A stretch of 56,244 nucleotides of DNA from an uncultured Ignavibacteriales bacterium (GCA_964464605.1 CAYXJN010000011.1:1-56244); one strand, 5' to 3'. Counted from the first letter of the stretch, positions 9,763 to 19,697 are shown. The notes: generated from the sequence alone by a model not told the origin. Numbers and translations: made by a program.

Positions 9763-12700
9763 ATGAATTTTCTCACCCGTTTGTGGGCAGATACCGAAAG
9801 CAGGCTTCGCCTGATTATTGGCGCATTTGTCTGGCTGTTCACGCTCGTTATCTACTGCCAGACTATGGCGCCGACTTTTTCTTTTTGGGATTGCAGCGAG
9901 TTCATTACCTGCAGCTATATCCTCGGTATTCCGCATCCGCCGGGAACGCCGCTGTATATCATCATCGGTCGGCTGTTTTCCCTTATGCCGTTCTTTGCTG
10001 ATATCTCCGTTCGCGTCAATTTTCTATCGGCGTTAACGTCGTCGCTGGCCGTTTTGTTTGGCTATCTTATCGCCGTTCGATTACTGACACTTTGGTTTAA
10101 CACGGCAACAGACTGGGGCACCCGTTTCCTGATCCATGCAGGCGCAGTTTGCGGCGCGTTTTTCATGGCTTTCGGGTTTACCGTTTGGAACAATGCCGTT
10201 GAGGCGGAAGTCTACGGGATGACTACGTTCATTATGATGCTTATGATCTGGCTGAGTCTGCTGTACATAGAGCAACGGGGAACGGCGACCGGCCAGAAGC
10301 TGATGCTGTTTGTCTTCTTTTTAGCCTTTGTAGGAACCGGCGTTCATATGACCTCCTTCCTGGTGCTTCCCGTCGTCGGGTTGCTCTTTGTTATCAAACA
10401 TCCGGCCCCATCCCGAATCTGGTACGCGCTTGCTATCTATATGGTGATGGAGATTTACTTGATTTTCGTATTGTCGGCACGGATGAATGAACTGCCGTTT
10501 TACCTGCCAATGGTTTTGGCCGGGGTTTGCTATCTCTTCTATTATTTTTCGCAAGAAAAAGTTACGGGTACAATGACGGTGCCGTTAGCGGGATATATTA
10601 TCGTTGCACTCCCTGCAATCTGTATTGGTTTGGGCAGTCTTGGTTTGATTTCTGCGGCATCACTTGCCCCTGAAAACTCACTCCTTGCGACCTTTTTGTG
10701 GTTCGCTAAAATAACCATGGGGGGCATGCTCATTTACGCCGTCTGGCTGTTATCCAAATGGATAACTTTGCGCCGAACCGAGGGTAGTGCGGATGTTACG
10801 CACTTAGTCCCTGCGCTGTTCATACTCGTTTCGTTCATTATGGTCGTCCTGTTGTTTGCGCCGAAAGGGTATGGCACGTTTATCGCGTTTACTATCGCGG
10901 CGACGATCGGATTGGCTTTTGTCATTCGTCAATATGTTCTCTGGCCGATTCTGTTTGGGTTGATCGGCGGTGCGACAATATTACTTGGGGTAAAAGAATT
11001 CACGTACGCCACTATAACGATGGCTGTTCTGCTGCTTATTCTTGGTTTAGTGTTCAAACAGCTGGGATGGAAGAGCGGGCTGGTTATTCTCGCGCTCGCC
11101 GGGATCGGATTTTCGATTAACGGCTATTCCTATGTCCGTTCGCAGCAGGATCCGGTTATCAACCAAAACGATCCGGGCAGCAGCATTGAGCAGACGGTCA
11201 ACTTTATCGAGCGTAAGCAATACGGCTCGCAGTCAATGATCGAGCGGATGTTTGTACGCCGCGCAGAATGGTCAAGCCAGTTCGGCACGTATCGCCGTAT
11301 GGGCTTCTGGGGATTCTTTCAGGAGCAATTCGGTCTAAGCGGCGCACGCTTTATGATTCTCTTTCTGTTCGGATTATTTGGAATCTGGGAATTGATTCGC
11401 AAAACGCCGATGCAAGGACTCTCATTCATGCTGATAGCGCTTATCGGATCGGTCGGGCTTATTTTGTATATGAACTTCGCCGACGGCAGTCGTATAAATC
11501 CGATGACCGGGGCCGACTATTTAGAGGTGCGGGATCGTGATTATTTCTTTACCCCTGCCTTTGTCATGTTCGGCCTGGCAATCGGGATGGGAATATCATT
11601 AGCGATCGGCGCAGTATTGCAGGTAATGAAGAAACTCGAACCGACGGTACGGTATGCCGCGTTAACGGTATTATCGTTGCTGTTCCTGCTGCCGGGGTTT
11701 GCGCTGGCGGGCAATTACCATGAATGTGATCGCTCCCGCAATTATATCCCGTGGGATTACGGGTTTAATCTTTTGAGCTCGTGTGAACCGAACGGAATCA
11801 TATTTACCAACGGCGACAACGATACCTTTCCGCTTTGGTGTCTGCAGGAAGTATACGGCGTTCGTAAAGATGTCGCTGTTGTTAACCTCTCGCTGGCCAA
11901 CTCCCGCTGGTATATTCACCAGATTCAGAACACCATGAAAGTCAATTTAGGGATGACACCGGAGCGGATCGATCAACTTGCTCCGACACAGCTTCCCAGC
12001 GGCGTGGTGCTGCGCAATTATGACCACGCTATCAATGCCGTTGTGCTTAATAACATCAAAACCAGACCGCTCTATTTCTCGGTTACGGTCGGCAATGATG
12101 TACGCAATATTATGGGCCGTCCCGCCGATTCGATGTTGATGCTTGAGGGGATGATGTGGCGTATTACCCAGCCGGGCACTGAGTTTCGGGCTAATGTTCC
12201 GTTCTGTTTTGAATACTTTAAGGATACCACCCGCTTCCGTACCCGCGGCGTGAGCGATACCACGATTTATAAGGATGACAATACTGTTCGTATGGTTCGT
12301 AATTATGCCAACGGCTTTTTGATAGTAGCCGATTCCCTGCAAAAAGCAGGGCAGATGGACAGTTCTCTGCAGATTGCGCTTTTGGCGGTGGAAAAAGTTC
12401 CGTACTCGACCGATGCCATCTCTTTTATCGGCCGGATTTATAATGCGCGAGCGGACGTGGTCAGTTTGAATGCGCTCATAGATACGACTGTGTATGGGGA
12501 CAAGCTTTTTCTGGGCACACTGTTAGCCAGTGCTTATGTCAAGCAACGGGCAACTGCGCTTGCCGAAAGAACGCTGTACCAGATATTAGCTGCCGATCCG
12601 AATTATCGTCCGGCCTTCGACGGCTTGATTAATCTTTACACGCAGACTTCCGAATACACGAAGGCAAATGCGCTCGTTGAAGGGTGGATGCAAAGAAATC

Positions 12701-12798
12701 CGGGTGACCAGCGCGTAGGGGCGCTTTGGCGGGCGATTCAGGAAGCCAGGCGAAACGGTCAGACAGAAGAAGCCCCGGCTGAAAGCAGCGGCAGCTAA
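9763..12798 (+). CDS. DUF2723/TMEM260-like multi-pass GT-C glycosyltransferase with C-terminal TPR-like region
   Basis: APTFSFWDCSEF, GIPHPPGTPLY, AVEAEVY, EVRDRDYFF, FTNGDNDTFPLW; many TM helices. Confidence 0.85.
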   Translation: MNFLTRLWADTESRLRLIIGAFVWLFTLVIYCQTMAPTFSFWDCSEFITCSYILGIPHPPGTPLYIIIGRLFSLMPFFADISVRVNFLSALTSSLAVLFGYLIAVRLLTLWFNTATDWGTRFLIHAGAVCGAFFMAFGFTVWNNAVEAEVYGMTTFIMMLMIWLSLLYIEQRGTATGQKLMLFVFFLAFVGTGVHMTSFLVLPVVGLLFVIKHPAPSRIWYALAIYMVMEIYLIFVLSARMNELPFYLPMVLAGVCYLFYYFSQEKVTGTMTVPLAGYIIVALPAICIGLGSLGLISAASLAPENSLLATFLWFAKITMGGMLIYAVWLLSKWITLRRTEGSADVTHLVPALFILVSFIMVVLLFAPKGYGTFIAFTIAATIGLAFVIRQYVLWPILFGLIGGATILLGVKEFTYATITMAVLLLILGLVFKQLGWKSGLVILALAGIGFSINGYSYVRSQQDPVINQNDPGSSIEQTVNFIERKQYGSQSMIERMFVRRAEWSSQFGTYRRMGFWGFFQEQFGLSGARFMILFLFGLFGIWELIRKTPMQGLSFMLIALIGSVGLILYMNFADGSRINPMTGADYLEVRDRDYFFTPAFVMFGLAIGMGISLAIGAVLQVMKKLEPTVRYAALTVLSLLFLLPGFALAGNYHECDRSRNYIPWDYGFNLLSSCEPNGIIFTNGDNDTFPLWCLQEVYGVRKDVAVVNLSLANSRWYIHQIQNTMKVNLGMTPERIDQLAPTQLPSGVVLRNYDHAINAVVLNNIKTRPLYFSVTVGNDVRNIMGRPADSMLMLEGMMWRITQPGTEFRANVPFCFEYFKDTTRFRTRGVSDTTIYKDDNTVRMVRNYANGFLIVADSLQKAGQMDSSLQIALLAVEKVPYSTDAISFIGRIYNARADVVSLNALIDTTVYGDKLFLGTLLASAYVKQRATALAERTLYQILAADPNYRPAFDGLINLYTQTSEYTKANALVEGWMQRNPGDQRVGALWRAIQEARRNGQTEEAPAESSGS

Positions 12799-12809
12799 GC
12801 GTTTATCCT

Positions 12810-13910
12810 GTGAACATTCTTGCGCTTAATTGGAATGACCTAAAGAATCCGTATGCCGGCGGGGCAGAGGTACATTTAGAAGAATTGCTGCGTCGTCTGG
12901 TCCGCAAAGGACATTCCGTCACGCTTTTCTGCTCCGGTTTTGAGGGATGTCTGCCTGAAGAAACTATCGAAGGGATTCGTATCATTCGTCGCGGCAACCG
13001 GTACAATTTCAATCTTGTCGCGCCGTTTCACCTGCGAAAATTAGTAAGAGAAAACACGTTTGATATACTCGTTGAAGATATCAATAAGATTCCGTTCTAT
13101 ACGCCGCTCTATCTGAATCTCAAAACGCTGGTGGTCGTGCCGCATCTGTTTGCCACGACCGTATTTCAGGAGATCAATCCGGTACTCGGCAGTTATATCT
13201 ATCTGGCGGAGCAGCCGCTGGTGACTGTCTATCGGAAATGTCCGTTCAATGTTATTTCAGAATCAACGGCCGATGACTTAATAGCGCGCGGTTTACGCAA
13301 AGAGCAGATTTCGGTTATTCACTGCGGAATCGACCGAAAGCGGTATGCGCATGACCCGTCAATCAAAAAGTATGATGTCCCGACAATTCTTTACTTAGGC
13401 AGAATCAAAAAATACAAATGTATTCATCATCTGGTCCAGGCTTTTGCCGTAGTGAAGAAAACATTACCGAACGCCCGCTTGATGGTGGTCGGCAGCGGTG
13501 ATTATCTTGACCCGTTGAAACAGTTAGCCGCGCAATTGAACGTGGCCGACTCAGTTGAATTTCCCGGGTTTGTCGCCTCGGCGGATAAAGTAGACCGAAT
13601 GCGCCGCTCGCATGTCGCTGTGCTCCCCTCATTAAAGGAAGGGTGGGGATTGACCAATATAGAAGCGAACTCGGTCGGCACGACCGTGATGGCGGCCAAT
13701 ACACCGGGATTACGGGACTCGGTAAAAGATGGTGTCAGCGGCCTGTTGTTTACGCATGGGAATATCGATGAAATGGCAGCCAAGCTACTCAAAATTCTCA
13801 CTGATGAAGCATTCCGACAAAAACTCGAGCAGGGCGGACTGGAATGGGCAGAACGGTTTAACTGGGACCGCGCTGCTGAGGAATTTGAACAATTGATCGT
13901 GAAGTTATAA
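12810..13910 (+). CDS. Glycosyltransferase family 4 protein
   Basis: NPYAGGAE, YLGRIKKYK, PSLKEGWGLTNIEA. Confidence 0.9.
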   Translation: MNILALNWNDLKNPYAGGAEVHLEELLRRLVRKGHSVTLFCSGFEGCLPEETIEGIRIIRRGNRYNFNLVAPFHLRKLVRENTFDILVEDINKIPFYTPLYLNLKTLVVVPHLFATTVFQEINPVLGSYIYLAEQPLVTVYRKCPFNVISESTADDLIARGLRKEQISVIHCGIDRKRYAHDPSIKKYDVPTILYLGRIKKYKCIHHLVQAFAVVKKTLPNARLMVVGSGDYLDPLKQLAAQLNVADSVEFPGFVASADKVDRMRRSHVAVLPSLKEGWGLTNIEANSVGTTVMAANTPGLRDSVKDGVSGLLFTHGNIDEMAAKLLKILTDEAFRQKLEQGGLEWAERFNWDRAAEEFEQLIVKL

Positions 13911-13912
13911 TT

Positions 13913-14923
13913 ATGACAACTGCCAACAAGAAACTGCTGTTAACTGCTATCGGCATTGCTATTTCTATAGCGCTTATCTGGTTCTTATTGCGGAATATCA
14001 ATTTCCAAGAATTAGGGGTTATTCTTTCGCAGGCCAATTATTGGTGGCTAATACCGAATGCGCTCATGATTCTGGTTACTATGTACCAACGCGCCTATCG
14101 CTGGCAGGCGATGCTGAATCCTATCAAAAAAGTCGCATTTTCGAAATTGCTCGCTTCAACCTGTATCGGCTTCATGGCAAACAATGTTCTCCCGCTTCGG
14201 TTGGGGGAATTTGTCCGTGCCTATTCACTGTCATATAGTGAAAAAGCGGTCAGCAAGTCGGCATCGCTGGCGACTATTTTTGTCGAGCGCACAATATTTG
14301 ATTTGGTGGTGCTGCTCTTCATTCTTGGCGGTGTGTTGTCATTCTCACCGTTTAGGCTCGATGAGCAGATGCTGTTTGGTGTGCAGTTGACGGTCGGCGT
14401 CGCCATGATTGCTATCATCGTTATGATTGTTCTGGCTTTGAAGCCGGACAAAACCGGGGAGATACTGTCCAAACATATTCCGTTCATTCCGCAGCGCGTC
14501 AAAGATATTATTCGTGAACTGGTCGTCCGCTTTTCGCAGGGGCTGCAGTTTTTACGGGATGGTAAAGCGGTTGTCTCGGTCGGAATCCAGACGATTCTTA
14601 TCTGGGTACTCATGGGGTACTCCAATTATTTTGTGTTTAAGGCGTTTAATATCGATGTCCCGATCGACGCCTCGTTTGTCGTATTGGTTGTCGTTTCGAT
14701 TTCGATTTTAGTGCCTTCATCACCGGGCTTTGTCGGTGTTTACCATGCCGGTGCGGTCTGGGCCTTGTCGCACTATAACGTCCCGAAAGAAAATGCCGTC
14801 GCCTTTGCCGCCGTGCTTCACGCCACGCAGTATATCATCGTTACCTTGCTCGGCTTCTATTTCCTGAAGAAGGAACATCTCTCGCTCAAACGGCTGGGGG
14901 ATGAGGCCGCCGAAGAAGTGTAA
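13913..14923 (+). CDS. Lysylphosphatidylglycerol synthase TM-domain / flippase-like membrane protein
   Basis: RAYRW, GFMANNVLPLRLGEFVR, ERTIFD, PSSPGFVG. Confidence 0.85.
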   Translation: MTTANKKLLLTAIGIAISIALIWFLLRNINFQELGVILSQANYWWLIPNALMILVTMYQRAYRWQAMLNPIKKVAFSKLLASTCIGFMANNVLPLRLGEFVRAYSLSYSEKAVSKSASLATIFVERTIFDLVVLLFILGGVLSFSPFRLDEQMLFGVQLTVGVAMIAIIVMIVLALKPDKTGEILSKHIPFIPQRVKDIIRELVVRFSQGLQFLRDGKAVVSVGIQTILIWVLMGYSNYFVFKAFNIDVPIDASFVVLVVVSISILVPSSPGFVGVYHAGAVWALSHYNVPKENAVAFAAVLHATQYIIVTLLGFYFLKKEHLSLKRLGDEAAEEV

Positions 14924-15034
14924 CTTCGTTTTTTCCCGCTTTTATCCTCAATATCACGTTTAGAAGTTCAAACTTGACCGCCCTTTCTATTTTCTGCTAC
15001 CCTGTATGTCAAACGCTGTGGAAGAAGGTGTCCA

Positions 15035-15568
15035 ATGCGAGCCGTACTGGCTGTTGTCGTGTTATCTGTAATTGTCGGTGTCAGTTTACTGCAGGCCTAC
15101 CGTCATAAAAGCGCGCTTGATTCAGCCTACACGAAAGGGGCTGAACAGGAGCTTGCGAAATCCGGTTCATTGCAAAAAGAAGTCGATTCGCTTCAAGACG
15201 TACTGACGATACAAGGGCTGTCTATTCAGGATTCACTGGCTAAAACCGACGCTGCATATCAAACGAGAATCGATTCGCTGCAACATGCCGTAACAACCCG
15301 CGACAGTATTATCGCTTTCCAAAAAGCGCAGTCCAAAAAAGCGGCTACCCAAACGCATGCAGCCGCTGTCCCGGTTAAGAAAGTTGATAGCGAACATCAG
15401 CAGATACTCAGCTACTATAAAAAGCGGTGTGAATCCCTTCCCAAAGATCTCAGTGAGTATGAACGGAAAGTGGCATACGCGGAGATACGAACCGAAACAG
15501 CCCAGAAATTCGCCATCAGCATTACTGAATTGAACCGTCTCCGGTCGGAGCACAAGCTAACCTACTAA
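15035..15568 (+). CDS. Membrane-anchored coiled-coil hypothetical protein
   Basis: N-terminal hydrophobic helix, heptad-like middle region, GAAGG/GGTG SD; TAATG coupling to the next gene. Confidence 0.7.
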   Translation: MRAVLAVVVLSVIVGVSLLQAYRHKSALDSAYTKGAEQELAKSGSLQKEVDSLQDVLTIQGLSIQDSLAKTDAAYQTRIDSLQHAVTTRDSIIAFQKAQSKKAATQTHAAAVPVKKVDSEHQQILSYYKKRCESLPKDLSEYERKVAYAEIRTETAQKFAISITELNRLRSEHKLTY

Positions 15569-15897
15569 TGGGTGCCAAGCCGCTGCCGCGCCGGGAATAC
15601 GACTTCGCCGAGGTGCTTGTAGATCAGTTGCTCCTCGAGTCCTTTTCCAACGAACGCTCCCCTTACTTTCAAAGTGGGGAGGACGCACCAACCGCCCGGC
15701 TTATCGATAAATTCAAAGGGAAGCTTACCTACCACATCAATCACTCCCTTTCAAAGCGTCAGAAGCAGGTGATTAAGTCCTACCTGCAAGGGAAGCGGGA
15801 GCGTGAAATCGCAGCGGAATTAGGCATCACTCAGCAGGTAGTACACATTTATAAGCAGAGAGCTATCAAGCAGTTGTATAAGCTTCTCGCATCGTAG
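15568..15897 (+). CDS. Sigma-70 region 4 / LuxR-type HTH-only protein
   Basis: LSKRQKQVIKSYLQGKREREIAAELGITQQVVHIYKQRAIKQL. Confidence 0.75.
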   Translation: MGAKPLPRREYDFAEVLVDQLLLESFSNERSPYFQSGEDAPTARLIDKFKGKLTYHINHSLSKRQKQVIKSYLQGKREREIAAELGITQQVVHIYKQRAIKQLYKLLAS

Positions 15898-16105
15898 GTG
15901 TATGTCAAACAGCTAATAGGTAATAGGACAGCTGTCGGTAGCTTCGCCAGCCCCCGACATAGGACACACCCATAGACACCTTCTAAGGAGGTGATAGTCG
16001 TTCAATATGGGCTTTATCTCTCAAAGTTCTCAAAACCTCACAGACAATTGACAAGTAGGTTGTATTCCTCGAGGGAGGGGAGAAACTTGAGTAGGAGATT
16101 GTGTT

Positions 16106-16288
16106 ATGCCAAAGAGAAAACTGCTTCCGCGACATGAAAGCCTGATAGGAGAAAAGGATTGCTGGCATCCCTATAGTCTGCAAATGCTGTCGCCGACAAA
16201 ATTCGGCGCGGTAGTGAGCAGAATCCTGAATGGCCGCTATACGCTAATTCATGCCAAAGGACCTGAATCGGCCCAGACCGGGTACTGA
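16106..16288 (+). CDS. Small hypothetical protein (60 aa)
   Basis: AGGAG 8 nt upstream of the ATG; terminator directly downstream. Confidence 0.5.
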   Translation: MPKRKLLPRHESLIGEKDCWHPYSLQMLSPTKFGAVVSRILNGRYTLIHAKGPESAQTGY

Positions 16289-16315
16289 TTCACAGATATT
16301 AGTTAGAATCCCACC

Positions 16316-16349
16316 GAGGCCGGAATACCCACTCCGGCCTCTTTTTTTT
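16316..16349 (+). terminator. Intrinsic terminator
   Basis: GAGGCCGGA...TCCGGCCTC followed by T8. Confidence 0.85.
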
Positions 16350-16458
16350 GCCATTTTTCAGACTGTCATCTTGCGACAACTTTCTCTTGCGAAAGTTGAT
16401 TCAAAACAGCCATGTTGTGGTATAACAGTGTGTTATCTAATGAAAGGGAACAGCAACT

Positions 16459-16971
16459 ATGGTTATTCAGGCGGTTCGAATTCTTCTTATCTCAGCAGTT
16501 CTCGGCCTGGGAGTCAATGCCTTTTCGCCGAACAAGATTCCGTACATCGGCGAATACCGTGACATTTCCACCGGGGATGGCCCGGTCATTCCGCCGAGTG
16601 CTCAGGAAGGGGACCCACCCTTTATAGCGATTGATGTCGCCCAAATGGAGTTCAGCCTTAAACAAGCGCTCTTTGTCGATGCACGTTTACCAGAAGAATT
16701 TAACTGCGGCACTATTCCCGGTTCGGTCAATGTTCCGTTCGAACAGCTTCCGGAAGGGGACCTTGCTGCCCATCTTGATTCCCTGTTAGGGCATGTCCCG
16801 AAAGACCGCCATCTGGTTGTCTTCTGCTCCGGGGAAGAGTGTGACCTGTCGCTGCATTTGGCCCGGAATTTCCAGCAATTCGGCTATACCGATATTTCCA
16901 TATTCTTCGGCGGGGCAAGAGAATGGGAAAAAGCAGGTATGGACGTGGAGCGGAGGGAAAAATGCGAGTAA
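16459..16971 (+). CDS. Membrane-anchored rhodanese-like domain protein
   Basis: FVDAR..EF..GTIPGSVNVP, VFCSGEECDLS, FFGGAREWEKAG. Confidence 0.85.
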   Translation: MVIQAVRILLISAVLGLGVNAFSPNKIPYIGEYRDISTGDGPVIPPSAQEGDPPFIAIDVAQMEFSLKQALFVDARLPEEFNCGTIPGSVNVPFEQLPEGDLAAHLDSLLGHVPKDRHLVVFCSGEECDLSLHLARNFQQFGYTDISIFFGGAREWEKAGMDVERREKCE

Positions 16972-17420
16972 TATCAAACGACTGGCTAACCCTCGTATGC
17001 CGTCTAACTGTCGGTGTTATTTTTATCTATGCTTCATTTTACAAGATTATCGAACCAGCGGATTTTGCCAAATCGATCTGGTTTTACCATATGGTTCCGG
17101 GAAATCTCATCAATTTAATGGCCTTAATTATGCCCTGGCTGGAATTGCTGGTCGGGTTAGCGTTGATTTTCGGAATCGAGTATCGCGGTGCCGTGCTTTG
17201 GGTAAACCTGATGACAATCGTCTTCCTGATTGCCTTAGGTTCGGCGATATCCCGCGGTTTGAGTATCGACTGCGGCTGCTTTAAAGCGGCCAAAGCCGGA
17301 ACGCAATCGGCCTGGAACTCATTTTACTTTGATATTGGATTACTGATACTGACGCTGCAGCTGTTGTTGAGCAAATCCACCAGATGGCAGCTTTGCCCCA
17401 GGAAATCGGCTACTGCGTAA
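16962..17420 (+). CDS. MauE/DoxX family membrane protein
   Basis: FIYASFYKI, LIMPWLELLVG, RGLSIDCGCF. Confidence 0.85.
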   Translation: MRVISNDWLTLVCRLTVGVIFIYASFYKIIEPADFAKSIWFYHMVPGNLINLMALIMPWLELLVGLALIFGIEYRGAVLWVNLMTIVFLIALGSAISRGLSIDCGCFKAAKAGTQSAWNSFYFDIGLLILTLQLLLSKSTRWQLCPRKSATA

Positions 17421-18699
17421 TAATTGTCGGAGTAATCAAAATAATCAGATCAGTGGTAGCGTGCTCTTTGGAACTATTGGAAAAGAGCGCGCTGCCAATG
17501 AGCGGAATCGAACCGAGAACAGGAACCCGCTGACGGCGGTCGATCTGATCCTCTTTCAATAATCCACCCAACGCAACTGTCTCACCATTGGCTACCGTTA
17601 CTTTCGTCCGGATTGAACGCTCCGAGCGTATCGGCGCTTGACTTTGTTCGTTGCCGACATAGCCGATGATATCTTCAACGCGGGGGAAAACATCGAGCGT
17701 GATTTTACCTTCTTCGTTGATGCGCGGCGTTACGGTAACAGAGATTCCGACTTCAACATCTTGATAGGTCAAAATGTCCTGCGTGGCGGCTGCTTCCGAG
17801 AAACGATTAACGGTCGGAATCGGAACGACGGTTTCAACTTTGATTTCCGCTTCATGGTTTTCAAGCGTGGTCAAATGCGGATCGGAAATCAGTTTGCTTT
17901 TACCGTCTTTTGCCAGCATATCCAAAACAACGCCGAGCTCTTTGACCGATAAGGTACCCCACGCCCAGTCGCCGCTCCCCAGTGACATCTGACCGAGCGA
18001 ACGGTCAGCGGTGGTTGAGCTGGTGCCGCTGTCGCTGATTAAGCCACCGGCAACCGCAGATACGGAAGAAGGCCAAAGGAATCCGAAGCGTTGGCTGTTA
18101 TCTATTTTCGTTTCGATAATTTTAACGCCGATTGAAATCAAACGCTCGGCGACATCGATACTCTTGATTACGATCTGCATGGCGTCCAATATCGCCGTGT
18201 AATCGGTTACCGCAATTTTGTTGGGGGAGAAAGTGCTCGTGCCGGTAGCATTGGCGGTCACTTGATCAAGAACAACGATTTTTCCCTTTTGCGATTTGAG
18301 TGATTCAAGTGCTTTTGCTACGGTATTCGCATTCGTGTATTTGAGCGTGATAACCCTGGTAGTCAGTTCACCGGCGGCTTCAGTCGAGTTCGACTTGATA
18401 ACGATAACCTTGCCGTTAAAATAATAGTTATAGCCGTTCGGAACGAGAATCGATTGCAGCGCAGTGGCGACATCGACATCATCGAGCTTCACCGTCACTG
18501 TGCCTTCAACATCCCCGGCCAATACCACATTCAGATTCTGCTGATTGGCAATAAGAGTAACGGCTCGGGTTATCGGCACATTTTCAAGGTCGAGAGAAAT
18601 ACGGGCATCCCCGTTAATCGGATCAGCCGAAACGGAAACGGCGAAGCTCAGCAGCATGGCTGAGACGAACGATGCGAAGTGTGATAATGAGCGTTTCAT
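17410..18699 (-). CDS. Secretin (PilQ/GspD family)
   Basis: STN-like N-terminus, P..TTLENHEAEI, VGISVTVTPRI, GETVALGGL, VPVLGSIPLIG. Confidence 0.9.
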   Translation of the reverse strand: MKRSLSHFASFVSAMLLSFAVSVSADPINGDARISLDLENVPITRAVTLIANQQNLNVVLAGDVEGTVTVKLDDVDVATALQSILVPNGYNYYFNGKVIVIKSNSTEAAGELTTRVITLKYTNANTVAKALESLKSQKGKIVVLDQVTANATGTSTFSPNKIAVTDYTAILDAMQIVIKSIDVAERLISIGVKIIETKIDNSQRFGFLWPSSVSAVAGGLISDSGTSSTTADRSLGQMSLGSGDWAWGTLSVKELGVVLDMLAKDGKSKLISDPHLTTLENHEAEIKVETVVPIPTVNRFSEAAATQDILTYQDVEVGISVTVTPRINEEGKITLDVFPRVEDIIGYVGNEQSQAPIRSERSIRTKVTVANGETVALGGLLKEDQIDRRQRVPVLGSIPLIGSALFSNSSKEHATTDLIILITPTIITQ

Positions 18700-18702
18700 A
18701 TC

Positions 18703-19137
18703 TTATCCATTGCTAACGTACAGAGTCATGGCTTTCCCTTTGTAATCGATGACAACGTCACTCTTGTTGATAGTGGTAACGGTGGCCCCATCGATCTGAT
18801 CGCCGACTCGCACGAACTTATTATTTATTATCGCCAGCGGATCGGTTTTGCTGTACACGACCCCGGAAAGATTCCAATAGGTAAGTGCCTCAGTCGTCAT
18901 GCCGGTAACCCGCTTTTCCTGCTTGCTGAACGGGTCCTTTCCCCACGGGGACTCGACAGTCAGTTCCGCCTGCATGGTGTCTGCGGGCAGTATCGCGGAC
19001 TGGGCAACAGCCGGACTGGCAGCCGGATCGGCAGGAATCGGTTCCTGTCCCGGTTTACCGATAAAATTCCAGGCTCCCCACGCTATTGCGATCGGGAGTG
19101 AGAGGAAGACGATCAATTTACGGGTTTTCTCGTTCAT
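18703..19137 (-). CDS. PilP/GspC-like accessory protein
   Basis: TM anchor, WGKDPF, LSGVVY..AIINN..VGDQIDGATV; position between pilO and the secretin. Confidence 0.6.
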   Translation of the reverse strand: MNEKTRKLIVFLSLPIAIAWGAWNFIGKPGQEPIPADPAASPAVAQSAILPADTMQAELTVESPWGKDPFSKQEKRVTGMTTEALTYWNLSGVVYSKTDPLAIINNKFVRVGDQIDGATVTTINKSDVVIDYKGKAMTLYVSNG

Positions 19138-19697
19138 GATTTCGTACCACGTTCCTGAAGCAATGCCCGCATATCGATAAAGAATGAAAGCGGTTTACCC
19201 GGTTCGGACGGTGCGCTTACGGATACTTTGTTAATCCCCTGGAAAAACGGAGCCGCTTCAAGACGTTCCACGAACTGTCCGAAATCGACGAACTGTCCCG
19301 TCATCCGGACGCCGAAATTCAAAAAAGGCGCGAAGTCTTTTTGCTTCAGGTTCTCTTCTAATTTCAAAAGCTCTTCAACCGATGGAGTAATTTCCGTGAC
19401 CGTTAGGCCGTACGTTTCTGCTTCATCGGTGAACTCGGCAAACAACCGTTCGATTTCGTTGGTGGCGTAAAGAGAACTGTTAATCGCCTGTCGAAGTGAA
19501 TCCAAGCCCCGTTCAGTTTTTAACTGGTCAGGAACATTCTTAAGCGTCATGAGCAGGGTTTCAAGCTCGGAGGAAACGGTCGATGCTTCGATATGAGCCG
19601 TAGTGATTTTCTGGCGAATTGGCGCAAAGAGGAAAAAGTACCATGCCACGACAGCAGCCAGTGAACCGAACAGAAAATAGCGGGGAGTGAGTTTCAC
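19134..19697 (-). CDS. pilO: PilO-like pilus assembly protein
   Basis: TM plus coiled coil, GQFVDFGQFVERLE motif, gene order. Confidence 0.7.
   Translation of the reverse strand: MKLTPRYFLFGSLAAVVAWYFFLFAPIRQKITTAHIEASTVSSELETLLMTLKNVPDQLKTERGLDSLRQAINSSLYATNEIERLFAEFTDEAETYGLTVTEITPSVEELLKLEENLKQKDFAPFLNFGVRMTGQFVDFGQFVERLEAAPFFQGINKVSVSAPSEPGKPLSFFIDMRALLQERGTKS

Noticed and set aside
16048..16076. TTGACA as a promoter for the 60-aa ORF
   Set aside because: No plausible -10 at 16-18 nt spacing.
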